Shown: positions 1 through 8,681 of the stretch, piece by piece
Layout: every line of letters begins with the position of its first letter
Numbering within the stretch: the first letter of the stretch is position 1
Assembly: GCA_035264265.1 (NCBI GenBank)
Contig: DATFQM010000101.1
Coordinates: 1-57,197 of the forward strand
DNA length: 57,197 nucleotides
Direction of reading: 5' to 3'
Origin: Thermoleophilaceae bacterium
GTDB taxonomy: Bacteria > Actinomycetota > Thermoleophilia > Solirubrobacterales > Thermoleophilaceae
Program-made: the position numbers and the translations under genes
The notes under the pieces: model-generated
The model's input: the letters and a program-made list of their open reading frames with translations, nothing else
The model's database searches: none
Told to the model about the DNA's origin: nothing

Positions 1-99
1 GGCCGGCCCGACACGCTTCGCTGGGCGATCGCGCTCGGCTTCCTGGCGATCGTGTTTGTCGGCATGATTGCCGCGCTTGGCGCCATCTCAAGCCTCTGA
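1..99 (+). CDS. 3' end of an unidentified membrane-protein gene (partial, runs off the left edge)
   Basis: Frame 1 is open from nt 1 to TGA 97-99 and encodes a hydrophobic tail (..WAIALGFLAIVFVGMIAALGAISSL*). Too short for a family call. Confidence 0.3.
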   Translation, partial: GRPDTLRWAIALGFLAIVFVGMIAALGAISSL

Positions 100-293
100 C
101 GATCCGGTCGCCCATCGCACCGCCACCACGGGTGGGATGAACGGCACCTTCGGGCGACGCGGGGCTTGCTTCATTCGCCCGACAGCACATAGCATGGGGT
201 CCATGGACTCGGACCGGCCCACCGGTGTCGCAATGGTGCAGTATTTTGAGCGCTGCTCCGGGTGGCGACGAGCTTGACCTGAGGTGGGGCATA

Positions 294-2216
294 GTGGATG
301 AGGCATCCGATCGCTTGACCTCTCTCGAGCCGGGCGCGCTGTTCGCGGGCTACCGCATCGAAGGACTGATCGACCGTGGCGGGATGGGGGTCGTCTACAG
401 GGCCACTGACGTGGATCTGGATCGCACCGTGGCGCTGAAAATCATCGCGCCCGAGCACACCCAGAACCCGGACGCCGTGGCGCGCTTCAAGTCCGAAGCC
501 AAGCTGGCGGCCTCGATCGAGCACGCAAACATCGTCCCCATCCACCGGGGCGGGGAGTTCGAGGGCGTCCTCTACCTGGCGATGCGCCTACTGCCGGGCA
601 CCAACTTGCGGCAGATCATCGACGAGGGCCCACTGCCCATGGACCGTATCCGGCGAATCATCACCCAGGTTGCCGACGCGCTCGAGGCGGCGCACGAACG
701 GGGCCTCGTGCACCGCGACGTGAAGCCGGCAAACATCATGGTCAGCGGCGAGGGCAAGTACGAGCACGTCTACCTCACCGACTTCGGGCTCACGAAGCGA
801 CTGGGCACGGCGGGCAGCCTCACCCGGACCGGGGGCTGGGTGGGAACCCCGGACTACGTCGCGCCGGAGCAGATTCAGGCCGGAAGGGTCGACCGGCGCG
901 CCGACGTCTACTCCCTGGGTTGCGTGCTCTACGAGATGCTGACCGGCAGCGTCGCCTTCCCCAGGGACAACGACGTCGCCAAGTTGTGGGCGCACGTCAC
1001 CGACCCGCCCCCACCCCCGAGCTTGAAGCGGCCCGATCTCGTGAAGGCCTTCGACCAAGTGGTTGCGCGGGCAACCGCAAAGGACCCGGACGCGCGGTAC
1101 CAGAGGGCCTCCGACCTGGCCGCGGCGGTCGACAGTGCCGTCGCCGAGCAGGAGGGGAAGTCCCAAGCGGACCTAAGCGAAGCGGCCAGCCCAGGGCCGG
1201 AGTGGACGGTCGCCTCCAGCGGGCCCGACGAGATCTTCATGGCGGACCCGACGCAGGTGCGCGGAGCGCCGGCGTCCGAGCAGGGCTCCGCGGGACCGCC
1301 CGCCCCGGCGCCGGCCTCCGGTCCCCCGCAGGCATCGGCCCCCCCGTCCCAGCCGCCGGCTTCGGGGACCCAGCAGCCATCGGCGCCGCCGCCTTCCGGC
1401 ACGCAGGGTCCCCCAGCTCCTCCGCAGGAGCCAAAGCGGGGCGCGGGCAGGTACCTATGGCCGGTGGCGGCGGGCGCCGCGCTGGTCGCGGGCATCGTGG
1501 CGGTAGTGGTCTTGGGTTCCGGCTCTTCCGACGATTCCTCGAACAAGGCGAAGCCGGCGGGCAAGCTGGTGTCGGGACGGCTGGCGGCGGTGCCCACCAA
1601 CAAGGTCGACGGCGCCGGGAAGGCGGACATCCGAATCAAGGGCCGCGTGGCCACGGTAACGCTTCGCGCGAATGGGCTACTCAACAGCGCGCCGCATGCA
1701 ATGCACCTTCACGCGGGCGCTGCGGGCCAGTGCCCGCCGGCATCGGTTGCGAAGCTGCACAACGGGCATTTCTCCATCAGCACCCACGCCGGGGCGCCGT
1801 ACTACGGCAAGCCCCGCACCTCGCTGACCACGAAGGGGCCGACAGGGCCGGCGAGCATCCTGGCCTTCCGGCGCTATCCGGCGACGGGGAACATCAACTA
1901 CAGCCGCAGGATCGAGCTCCTTCCGTCGGCGCGCCAGTACCTCCGTAAGAACAACGCCGTCATCGTCGTCCACGGCATCGACTACAACGGAAATGGCCTC
2001 TACGACGGAGTTCTCGACCGCAGCGAGCTGGACCCCAACGTGCAGGGTGAGACGACCGCGCCGGCTCTCTGTGGACCGATCCGCTCGGCTCGTTCGTCAT
2101 CGAACAGCTCCGCGCGGAAGGGAGGGGCGGAGGCATACACCGCCTCGCTCACGATTCCAGCGGCCGAACCCGCCCTCCCCGGCTGGGTTTGCCACCTGGG
2201 ACGGGGCACCAGCTGA
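294..2216 (+). CDS. Hanks-type Ser/Thr protein kinase, single-pass membrane, with CHRD-like extracellular domain
   Basis: Kinase motifs GMGVVYRA, VALK, HRDVKPANIM, LTDFGL and GTPDYVAPE. A Pro/Ser-rich linker leads to the TM helix YLWPVAAGAALVAGIVAVVVLG and a ~210-aa ectodomain (..APHAMHLHAG..QCPP..AVIVVHGIDYNG..). The ORF opens at GTG 225, but GTG 294 sits just after a GAGGTGGGG SD-like run, so the start is uncertain. Confidence 0.9.
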   Translation: MDEASDRLTSLEPGALFAGYRIEGLIDRGGMGVVYRATDVDLDRTVALKIIAPEHTQNPDAVARFKSEAKLAASIEHANIVPIHRGGEFEGVLYLAMRLLPGTNLRQIIDEGPLPMDRIRRIITQVADALEAAHERGLVHRDVKPANIMVSGEGKYEHVYLTDFGLTKRLGTAGSLTRTGGWVGTPDYVAPEQIQAGRVDRRADVYSLGCVLYEMLTGSVAFPRDNDVAKLWAHVTDPPPPPSLKRPDLVKAFDQVVARATAKDPDARYQRASDLAAAVDSAVAEQEGKSQADLSEAASPGPEWTVASSGPDEIFMADPTQVRGAPASEQGSAGPPAPAPASGPPQASAPPSQPPASGTQQPSAPPPSGTQGPPAPPQEPKRGAGRYLWPVAAGAALVAGIVAVVVLGSGSSDDSSNKAKPAGKLVSGRLAAVPTNKVDGAGKADIRIKGRVATVTLRANGLLNSAPHAMHLHAGAAGQCPPASVAKLHNGHFSISTHAGAPYYGKPRTSLTTKGPTGPASILAFRRYPATGNINYSRRIELLPSARQYLRKNNAVIVVHGIDYNGNGLYDGVLDRSELDPNVQGETTAPALCGPIRSARSSSNSSARKGGAEAYTASLTIPAAEPALPGWVCHLGRGTS

Positions 2217-2238
2217 CGGTCTGACCGGCGTCCCGCGC

Positions 2239-3312
2239 TCAGCGGGCCAGCAGATGGTTGCGCAGGCCCACGCCATAGGCCGTGGGCGTACCGTTGTAGC
2301 TCTCGATCAGCGCCGGCCCGCTCCCGCATTGCCAGCCACCCGGCGACACGGCGTCCCACGCCCAGCCGAGGTATGAGATGCCGTGGCCGTCGGCAAACGA
2401 CATGAAGTCGTCGATGTAGGTGTGCGCGCAGTCGTACTCGCCGATCTCGCCGGCGACGACGGGATAGCGGCGTGCGATCGCAGCGACCGTGTCGCGACAG
2501 GCGCCAACGCAGACGGCGGCGCCCGGGAACCCGACCGGACCGTAGGTGTGGAGCGACGCGACGAGCTGCCGGGCCGGATCCCTTGGCTTGTAGCGGAGCC
2601 ACCGCGACAGATCCCTGGAGAACGCCAGGCCGCCAAGAAGCACCGGCTGGCGAGCGCCGACCGAGCGCACCACCCGGAGGAGGCGTCGCATCCCGGCGGC
2701 GCGGTAGGCGGGGTACGTCTTTCCGCTGGGGGGCGCCGTCCGGCGCGAAACGCGACAGCCTCGCAGCCAGCAGCGCCAGCTCACGCCGTGCGGCTCGTTA
2801 TAGAGGTCGAACAGGACCCCCGACGAACGGCGGAAGCGGTGGCCGACCGAGCGCCAGAACGCGGGCGTGTGGTCGGCCGCAGGCATCGCGAGGAAGTCGC
2901 CGGCCACGCGTCGACCGGGCGCGCTCACGTGGTCGTCGAGAATCACATAGAGGTGGTTGCGGCGGAGCAACCTCACGAACCGGAGGATCGCGCGGCGGTA
3001 GCGGCGGGTCCACTTGCGCAGCTTGCCCACGCCCAGCCAGCAGCTCTCGTTCAGCGGGACGCGGACGGCGTTGATGCGCCAGGTCTTCATGGCGTCGACC
3101 GAACGCTGGTCGCGAGGGCCGTCGAAGACGTCGCCGAAGCCGCCCCTGCACATGTACTCGGTTCCCGAGCGGTTGACGCCGAGTAACCGCACCACTCGGC
3201 CGTTATTGACCAGATGCTTGCCCTTCACGTGCAGCTTCGCCGCCGCCGGTGTCGCCCACAACGAGGTCAGCGCGGCCGCGGCGAGCAGGATGCGGACCAG
3301 GCGAGCGACCAC
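2239..3312 (-). CDS. secreted glycoside hydrolase family 5 (cellulase-like)
   Basis: GTG start at 3312. Signal peptide VARLVRILLAAAALTSLWATPAAA. GH5 acid/base motif LYNEPHG and nucleophile motif VVAGEIGEY. Confidence 0.85.
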   Translation of the reverse strand: MVARLVRILLAAAALTSLWATPAAAKLHVKGKHLVNNGRVVRLLGVNRSGTEYMCRGGFGDVFDGPRDQRSVDAMKTWRINAVRVPLNESCWLGVGKLRKWTRRYRRAILRFVRLLRRNHLYVILDDHVSAPGRRVAGDFLAMPAADHTPAFWRSVGHRFRRSSGVLFDLYNEPHGVSWRCWLRGCRVSRRTAPPSGKTYPAYRAAGMRRLLRVVRSVGARQPVLLGGLAFSRDLSRWLRYKPRDPARQLVASLHTYGPVGFPGAAVCVGACRDTVAAIARRYPVVAGEIGEYDCAHTYIDDFMSFADGHGISYLGWAWDAVSPGGWQCGSGPALIESYNGTPTAYGVGLRNHLLAR

Positions 3313-3415
3313 TCGGCCAGTGTAGGAGCGGGGGCCGTGAACGCGCCAATCGGCGTGGAGAAGCGAAGATGAAGCTCATGCTGCTGCAGAGCCTGACAAC
3401 GAACAGGAGCGACCC

Positions 3416-3811
3416 ATGACCACTCGGACAAACATCGTCACGGGCACGGACTTCATCACCGTGGCGACCAGGGACTACGACGCCGCGGCGGACTTCTACG
3501 GCGACGTGCTGGGCCTGGCGTTTTCGAAGCGCTGGGGCGAGATGCCCGCGGGCGAGTTCGAGACCGGCAACCTGACGATCGCCGTGATGCAGTCGGAGGC
3601 TTTCGGTCTCGAGTTCCAGGCCAACAACCACCCGATCGAGTTCCGGGTAGAGGACTTCGAGGCCGCTCGTGCCGAACTCGAATCGCGTGGCGTCGAGTTC
3701 AAGGGCGAGACGATCGACTCGGGCGTCTGCTACCAGGCCTTCTTCGAGGACCCGGACGGCAACACGCTCGCGATCCACCACCGTTACGCGCCCCGCCCGC
3801 CCGGGGTGTGA
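3416..3811 (+). CDS. VOC family protein (glyoxalase/bleomycin-resistance/dioxygenase fold)
   Basis: 131 aa. Paired beta-alpha-beta-beta-beta style sequence (FITVATRDYDAAADFYGDVLGL .. FRVEDFEAARAELESRGVEF .. FFEDPDGNTLAIHH). AGGAG 7 nt upstream of the ATG. Confidence 0.85.
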   Translation: MTTRTNIVTGTDFITVATRDYDAAADFYGDVLGLAFSKRWGEMPAGEFETGNLTIAVMQSEAFGLEFQANNHPIEFRVEDFEAARAELESRGVEFKGETIDSGVCYQAFFEDPDGNTLAIHHRYAPRPPGV

Positions 3812-3881
3812 GCCGACCGCCGGGCGATCGCAGCCCCTTGCGGGCCGCGGGCTCGCTCGGATAGGTTCGGCGGCCACGCGC

Positions 3882-5195
3882 GTGAGCGGGCTCCGGAAAC
3901 TCTCTTCGGTCGTTGTGGCGACCGCGATGGTGGCTGTGGCAGCTTGTGGCGGCGGTGACGACGAGGCCGCTGTAAAAGCCCTCCCCTCCGCCTCCTGCGA
4001 AAAGGTCGAGTACGGCGGGGATGGCGAGCCCGACGTACTGATTGCCTCCGACCTGCCGGCAAAGGGAGCGTCGCGGGAGCGCACGGCACACCAGGTTCGA
4101 GCGATCCGCCTGGTGCTCGACGAGCGGAATTGGCGAGCGGGTGGAACGAGGGTGGCCTTCCAGGCGTGCGACGACTCGATCCAGAGCACGGGGCTGTGGG
4201 ACGCGGCCAAGTGCCGCAGCAATGGGCGCGCGTATGCGAGCAATCGCAAGCTCGTGGGCGTGATCGGCACCTACAACTCAGGCTGCGCCAAGGAGATCGT
4301 CCCCGTCGCGAACCGGGCGAGCGGAGGCGGGCTCGCGGTGATTTCGCCTGGGAACACGCTGGTCTGCCTGACGTTACGAAGCGACACCTGCGCCCGCGAC
4401 GAGCCGGGGAAGTACTACCCCAGCGGGAAGCGAAATTACGTGCGCGTCGTCCCCAACGACGCCTTTCAGGGCGCGGGGCTCGCCCAGTTCGCGCGGCGGC
4501 GAAGCCTACGTCGCGTCTTCGTGCTCTACGCGAAGGACGACCCGACCAGCCTCGGCCAGGCCACGACCTTCCGCAACGGCGCCGCGAGCCTCGGAAACCC
4601 CGTCGGGGGGCTCGAGCCGTGGGACCCCAAGGCAAACGACTACAGGTCGCTGATGGGCAGAGTGAAAAAGAGCGGCGCCGACGCGGTCCTGCTCGCCGGT
4701 CTCATCGAGCAGAACGGCGCACGGCTCATCAGGGACAAGGTCGCGGTGCTGGGCCCCAACGCGGACGTCGCCCTGATGGCCTATGACGGCTTCGCACAGC
4801 AGTCGACGATCGACAAGGCCGGCAAGGCGGCCGAAGGAATGTTCGCTTCTGTCCCAGGACGCGCTCCGGAGAACCTCGCACCGCGAGGCAAGCAGTTCGT
4901 CGCAAAGCTCGCCAAGGATCTGAAGGGAAGGCCCGTAGAGCTCTACGCACCGTACGCGGGCGAGGCGGCCGCGCTCCTGCTCGACGCGATCGCGAAGGCC
5001 GGAGGGAACCGCGCCGATGTGATCGATGCCCTGTTCCGCACGAAGGTCAGGAACGGCATCCTCGGCAGCTTCGACTTCGAACCGAGCGGAGATCCAAGCG
5101 TCGGGCCGGTCACGTTCTTCGTGGCGCGCAGGACGTTCGAGCCGTTCTCCGAGATCACGCCGACGATGAGGCTTGTGGACGCCGCCCGGGGCTAG
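3882..5195 (+). CDS. ABC-transporter solute-binding lipoprotein, type-1 periplasmic binding fold (Leu/Ile/Val-binding family); no permease or ATPase nearby
   Basis: GTG 3882 gives the signal peptide plus lipobox VSGLRKLSSVVVATAMVAVAAC-GGG. The body (GTYNSGCAKEIVPVANRA.., VISPGNT.., YVRVVPNDAFQGAGLAQF) is typical of the LIVBP family. The long Arg-rich N-terminus of the 3669 ORF looks non-coding. Confidence 0.85.
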   Translation: MSGLRKLSSVVVATAMVAVAACGGGDDEAAVKALPSASCEKVEYGGDGEPDVLIASDLPAKGASRERTAHQVRAIRLVLDERNWRAGGTRVAFQACDDSIQSTGLWDAAKCRSNGRAYASNRKLVGVIGTYNSGCAKEIVPVANRASGGGLAVISPGNTLVCLTLRSDTCARDEPGKYYPSGKRNYVRVVPNDAFQGAGLAQFARRRSLRRVFVLYAKDDPTSLGQATTFRNGAASLGNPVGGLEPWDPKANDYRSLMGRVKKSGADAVLLAGLIEQNGARLIRDKVAVLGPNADVALMAYDGFAQQSTIDKAGKAAEGMFASVPGRAPENLAPRGKQFVAKLAKDLKGRPVELYAPYAGEAAALLLDAIAKAGGNRADVIDALFRTKVRNGILGSFDFEPSGDPSVGPVTFFVARRTFEPFSEITPTMRLVDAARG

Positions 5196-5487
5196 CGCGG
5201 CGGGCGGGGCCTCGATCCGGTCGGCCAGACTGTGGACCGGCGACGACGCGCTGTCCGGCGTCGATGACCCGTTAGGCGTCCCAGCGGTAGTTGTCGAAGT
5301 TCTCGGTCCACTCCTCCACCAGTCTGGTCGGGCCGTCCATGCCTCGGTAGAGGTCCGGTCTGGGCCATTCGGGGAAGGGATGGATCTCCAGCGCCTCGTG
5401 GGCGAGCGGAGCGGTGGCCGCCACTCTCCTCTGTTGAAGGTGTCGAGCGCCGCGCGTGCGACGTCGACGTTTTGCTGCGATGCGCAT
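5196..5487 (-). pseudogene. decayed SnoaL/NTF2-like gene
   Basis: Consecutive pieces of one NTF2-like protein lie in two frames (..SQQNVDVARAALDTFNRGEW then AATAPLAHEALEIHPFPEWPRPDLYRGMDGPTRLVEEWTENFDNYRWDA). An in-frame TAA (5272-5274) follows, after which the expected RVIDAGQRVV continues. The 3' part runs into the stop of the solute-binding gene. Confidence 0.55.
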
Positions 5488-5597
5488 CGCGGTATCCCGC
5501 CGTGGGGTGGCGACTGTAACCAGCGCCCCGGACCCGGCGTCATCCCCGCCTTCGGCGGCAGTTCCGGTCAGTCGGCGAACACCCGGCTCGCCCTCGG

Positions 5598-6254
5598 TCA
5601 CCTCACTCCGTAGTGCCCGAACCCGCGTTCGAGGGCGTCGAGCGCTCGCCTGCCGCGGGCGCGAACCTCGCGGTCGAGGCCCGGGTTGCGCGCTCCGGCG
5701 ACTATTCGGCCGCGGGTGTAGTCGATCAACGCCCGGTGGACGCCCATGAGGGTGTTGGCCGCGACCCAGGGCTCGACGTCGTCGGCGGCCGCTCCCGTCT
5801 CTTCGGCGAAGAGGGCCGCCAGGGATGTCGTGTAGCGCTCGAAGATCTGCCGCTCGCGTGCCAGAAGGGCCGAGCTCTCGCTGATCATCCGGGTGAGCGC
5901 GGCCAGGCGCTCGACCGCATCCGGATCCTCTTCGGCGAGCAGCCCACGCCGCTCGAGGACGAACCGTCCGAAGGCCGCAAGAAACGACTCCCCCGCCTTG
6001 CGCTCACGGATCGTCTCCACGAGGTCCTCCTCGAACGACTCGAGACGCCAGTAGACGAGGTCCTCCTTCGTGGGGAAGTAGTTGAAGATCGTCTTCTCGG
6101 AGACGTCGGCGGCTCGGGCGACCTCGGCGACCGTGACTCCGTCGAACCCGCGCTCGACGAACAGGCGCCGGGCGGTCTCGGCGATCAGCTCCCGCGTCTG
6201 CTGCTTCTTGCGCTCGCGCAGCCCGGGCGCCCGGCTCTCCGCCGCGATGGTCAC
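5598..6254 (-). CDS. TetR/AcrR family transcriptional regulator
   Basis: N-terminal HTH RELIAETARRLFVERGFDGVTVAEVARAADVSEKTIFNYFPTKEDL. Divergent from an MFS exporter, the classic arrangement. Confidence 0.9.
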   Translation of the reverse strand: MTIAAESRAPGLRERKKQQTRELIAETARRLFVERGFDGVTVAEVARAADVSEKTIFNYFPTKEDLVYWRLESFEEDLVETIRERKAGESFLAAFGRFVLERRGLLAEEDPDAVERLAALTRMISESSALLARERQIFERYTTSLAALFAEETGAAADDVEPWVAANTLMGVHRALIDYTRGRIVAGARNPGLDREVRARGRRALDALERGFGHYGVR

Positions 6255-6304
6255 GGAGTCAGTATAGTCGCCGTGACTTTTCTGTTACAGTATTCTTTTA
6301 GTCA
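6250..6304. promoter_or_regulatory. TetR/MFS divergent control region with nested inverted repeats (probable operator)
   Basis: A locally AT-rich 75-bp intergenic region. GTCACGG (6250-6256) pairs with CCGTGAC (6271-6277), and GTGACT (6273-6278) pairs with AGTCAC (6299-6304). The first repeat overlaps the tetR start codon. Confidence 0.4.
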
Positions 6305-6328
6305 CTGTACCGCGAGGAAGGTCCAATC

Positions 6329-7969
6329 ATGAGCAGCTCCAATCCGGACCACCACGAAGCCGCCGGCACGCAACTGGGTCGAAAGCAGGTCCTGCTGACC
6401 TTCTCCGGGCTCCTATTGGCCATGCTCCTGGCCTCGCTCGACCAGACGATCGTTGCCACCGCGCTGCCGACAATCGTCGGCGAACTCGGGGGGCTCGACC
6501 AGCTCTCCTGGGTCGTCACGGCCTACCTCCTCGCTGCCACGGTCTCGACGCCACTGTGGGGTCGGATCAGCGACCTCTATGGGCGCAAGGCCCTCTTCCA
6601 GACGACGATCGTGGTCTTCCTGGTCGGATCGGCGCTGAGCGGGGCCGCCCAGAGCCTCGGTGAGCTGATCGGCTTCAGGGCCCTTCAGGGCCTCGGTGCC
6701 GGTGGCCTGATGACGCTTGCGATGGCGATCGTCGCCGACATCGTCTCGCCACGCGAGCGGGGCCGCTACCAGGGCTACATCCAGATCGTCTTCGTGCTCG
6801 CCAGCGTCGCGGGTCCGTTGCTGGGAGGCCTGTTCACCGACCACCTGTCCTGGCGCTGGGTCTTCTACGTCAACCTGCCGATCGGCGCGGTGGCCCTCAC
6901 GGCCATCAGCTCAGCGCTACATCTCCCCGTCCAACGAGGTCGGCCGCGGATCGACTACCTCGGCGCCGCGTTGCTGGCCGCCGGGCTCACCTGCGTGCTG
7001 CTCGTGACCACCTGGGGAGGCCAGCAGTACGCCTGGGCCTCGCCCGAGATCGTCGGCCTCGCGGCCGCGGCGGTCGCGGTGCTCATCGCCTTCGTCGCCC
7101 AGGAGCGACGGGCCGCTGAGCCGATTCTGCCGCTGCGCCTGTTTCGCGATCCCGTCTTCGACGTGGTCACGCTCGTTCTCTTCCTGACGACGTGCGCGCT
7201 TTTCGCGGCAATCGTGTTCCTGCCGCTCTTCTTCCAGATCGTCACAGGGGCGAGCGCCACGAAGTCGGGACTCCTGCTGCTGCCGCTGCTGCTCGCGGCG
7301 ACGACCACCACTGCCGTCGTCGGCCGCGTCATCTCGCGGACCGGGCGCTACAAGGTCTTTCCCGCCGGCGGCCTCGCCCTTATGGCCGCGGGCCTACTCC
7401 TCCTGTCGCGGATGGACGCCACGACCTCCCGGGCCACGGCCTCGCTGTTCATGGTCGTGTTCGGGCTCGGATTCGGGATGGTCTCGCAGATCCTTGTACT
7501 AGCCATCCAGAACGCGGTCGACCGCCGGGACATCGGCATCGCGACCGCCTCCGCGAACCTCTTCCGGGCGCTGGGTGGCTCCGTCGGCGTGGCTCTCTTC
7601 GGCGCGGTCTTCGCCAGCCGGCTCGATCTGTGGCTGCCGCGCGACCTCCCGTCGGGAGCCGCGCGGGTCGACGCCCAGAGCCTTCAGGCAACCCCAGACG
7701 CGATCCAGTCGATGCCCCCCGGGGTGCAGGATGGCATTGGGCAGGCCGTCGCCCACTCCCTGCATACGGTGTTCCTCGTCGCCGCGCCGATCGCGGCGCT
7801 GGGCTTGCTCGTCGTACTCTTCCTCAAGGAGGTTCCCCTGCGCGGACCTGGCGGCCCGCCAGGCGGGGAGCAAGCGGATCGCGGACGAACGCATGCCGAC
7901 GGGGAGCGGAAGCCCCGGGAGGACATCTCGCAGCCGGTCCGGCCCGCGACGGCAGGCGCGCCGCGATGA
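6329..7969 (+). CDS. MFS transporter, DHA2 (EmrB/QacA-like) drug:H+ antiporter family
   Basis: 546 aa, many TM segments. DHA2-type N-terminus LLAMLLASLDQTIVATALPTIVGELGG and motif GRISDLYGRK. Confidence 0.9.
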   Translation: MSSSNPDHHEAAGTQLGRKQVLLTFSGLLLAMLLASLDQTIVATALPTIVGELGGLDQLSWVVTAYLLAATVSTPLWGRISDLYGRKALFQTTIVVFLVGSALSGAAQSLGELIGFRALQGLGAGGLMTLAMAIVADIVSPRERGRYQGYIQIVFVLASVAGPLLGGLFTDHLSWRWVFYVNLPIGAVALTAISSALHLPVQRGRPRIDYLGAALLAAGLTCVLLVTTWGGQQYAWASPEIVGLAAAAVAVLIAFVAQERRAAEPILPLRLFRDPVFDVVTLVLFLTTCALFAAIVFLPLFFQIVTGASATKSGLLLLPLLLAATTTTAVVGRVISRTGRYKVFPAGGLALMAAGLLLLSRMDATTSRATASLFMVVFGLGFGMVSQILVLAIQNAVDRRDIGIATASANLFRALGGSVGVALFGAVFASRLDLWLPRDLPSGAARVDAQSLQATPDAIQSMPPGVQDGIGQAVAHSLHTVFLVAAPIAALGLLVVLFLKEVPLRGPGGPPGGEQADRGRTHADGERKPREDISQPVRPATAGAPR

Positions 7970-8034
7970 CCGATGAGTCTGGCTGCGCGTGGCGGTCCCG
8001 CTTGGAGAACCGAGCAACCGGAAGGAGGACCAAA

Positions 8035-8604
8035 GTGAGCAGAGTCGTCGTATCGGAGTTCGTCTCGGTGGACGGCGTCATTGAAGACCCAGGCGGAGCG
8101 GAGGGATTCGAGCGCGGTGGCTGGGCCTTTCAGTTCGACCGCGGAGACGAGGGGGAGAAGTTCAAGCTCGATGAAGTGATGGAGAGCGATGCTCTCCTGC
8201 TGGGACGGGTGACCTACGAAGGCTTCGCGGAGGCCTGGCCGTCGAGGACCGGCGACTTCGCCGACAAGTTCAACCGCATGCCCAAGTTCGTCGTATCGAC
8301 CACGCTCGACGATGCCGAGTGGAACAACTCGACGTTGATCAATGGGAACGTCACGGAAGAGGTCTCGAAGCTGAAGGAGCGGCCGGGAGGCGACATCCTG
8401 GTCAACGGCAGCGCGCAGCTCGTGGACACGCTGATCGCCCACGACCTGGTCGACGAATACCGGCTGATGGTCTTCCCGGTCGTCCTGGGCAAAGGAAGGC
8501 GTCTTTTCGGAGAGGGAAGGGATCCAACCGCGTTGAAGCTCGTGGAATCGAAGCCGGTCGGTCCGGAGGGCGTGCTCATCCTCACCTACGAGCCGCGCGG
8601 CTAA
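8035..8604 (+). CDS. dihydrofolate reductase-family protein (RibD C-terminal domain type)
   Basis: GTG 8035 is preceded by GGAAGGAGGA. Sequence VVVSEFVSVDGVIEDPGG..LLLGRVTYEGFAEAWP..KFVVSTTL..ILVNGSAQLVDTLIAHDLVDEYRLMVFPVVLGKGRRLF is typical of the YyaP/RibD_C family. Confidence 0.85.
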   Translation: MSRVVVSEFVSVDGVIEDPGGAEGFERGGWAFQFDRGDEGEKFKLDEVMESDALLLGRVTYEGFAEAWPSRTGDFADKFNRMPKFVVSTTLDDAEWNNSTLINGNVTEEVSKLKERPGGDILVNGSAQLVDTLIAHDLVDEYRLMVFPVVLGKGRRLFGEGRDPTALKLVESKPVGPEGVLILTYEPRG

Positions 8605-8681
8605 GGCGAGCTCAGACCGATGAGTTCCGGAGGCTTTTCCGGTCCCAACGGGCAATGACAGCCGCGAAGGAGACGCAACCG

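Noticed and set aside
1237-1440. Repetitive Pro/Ser/Gly DNA in the first kinase's linker (..PPASGTQQPSAPPPSGTQGPPAPP..), considered as a possible tandem repeat feature.
   Set aside because: It is an imperfect, short, in-frame low-complexity linker of the kind typical for juxtamembrane regions of Hanks kinases. There is no defined repeat unit.
2217-2238. A possible terminator hairpin between the convergent kinase and GH5 genes, and similar short palindromes at 28959-28993 and 49213-49222.
   Set aside because: Only 4-bp arms or a 1-nt loop could be formed. These are too weak to report as terminators.
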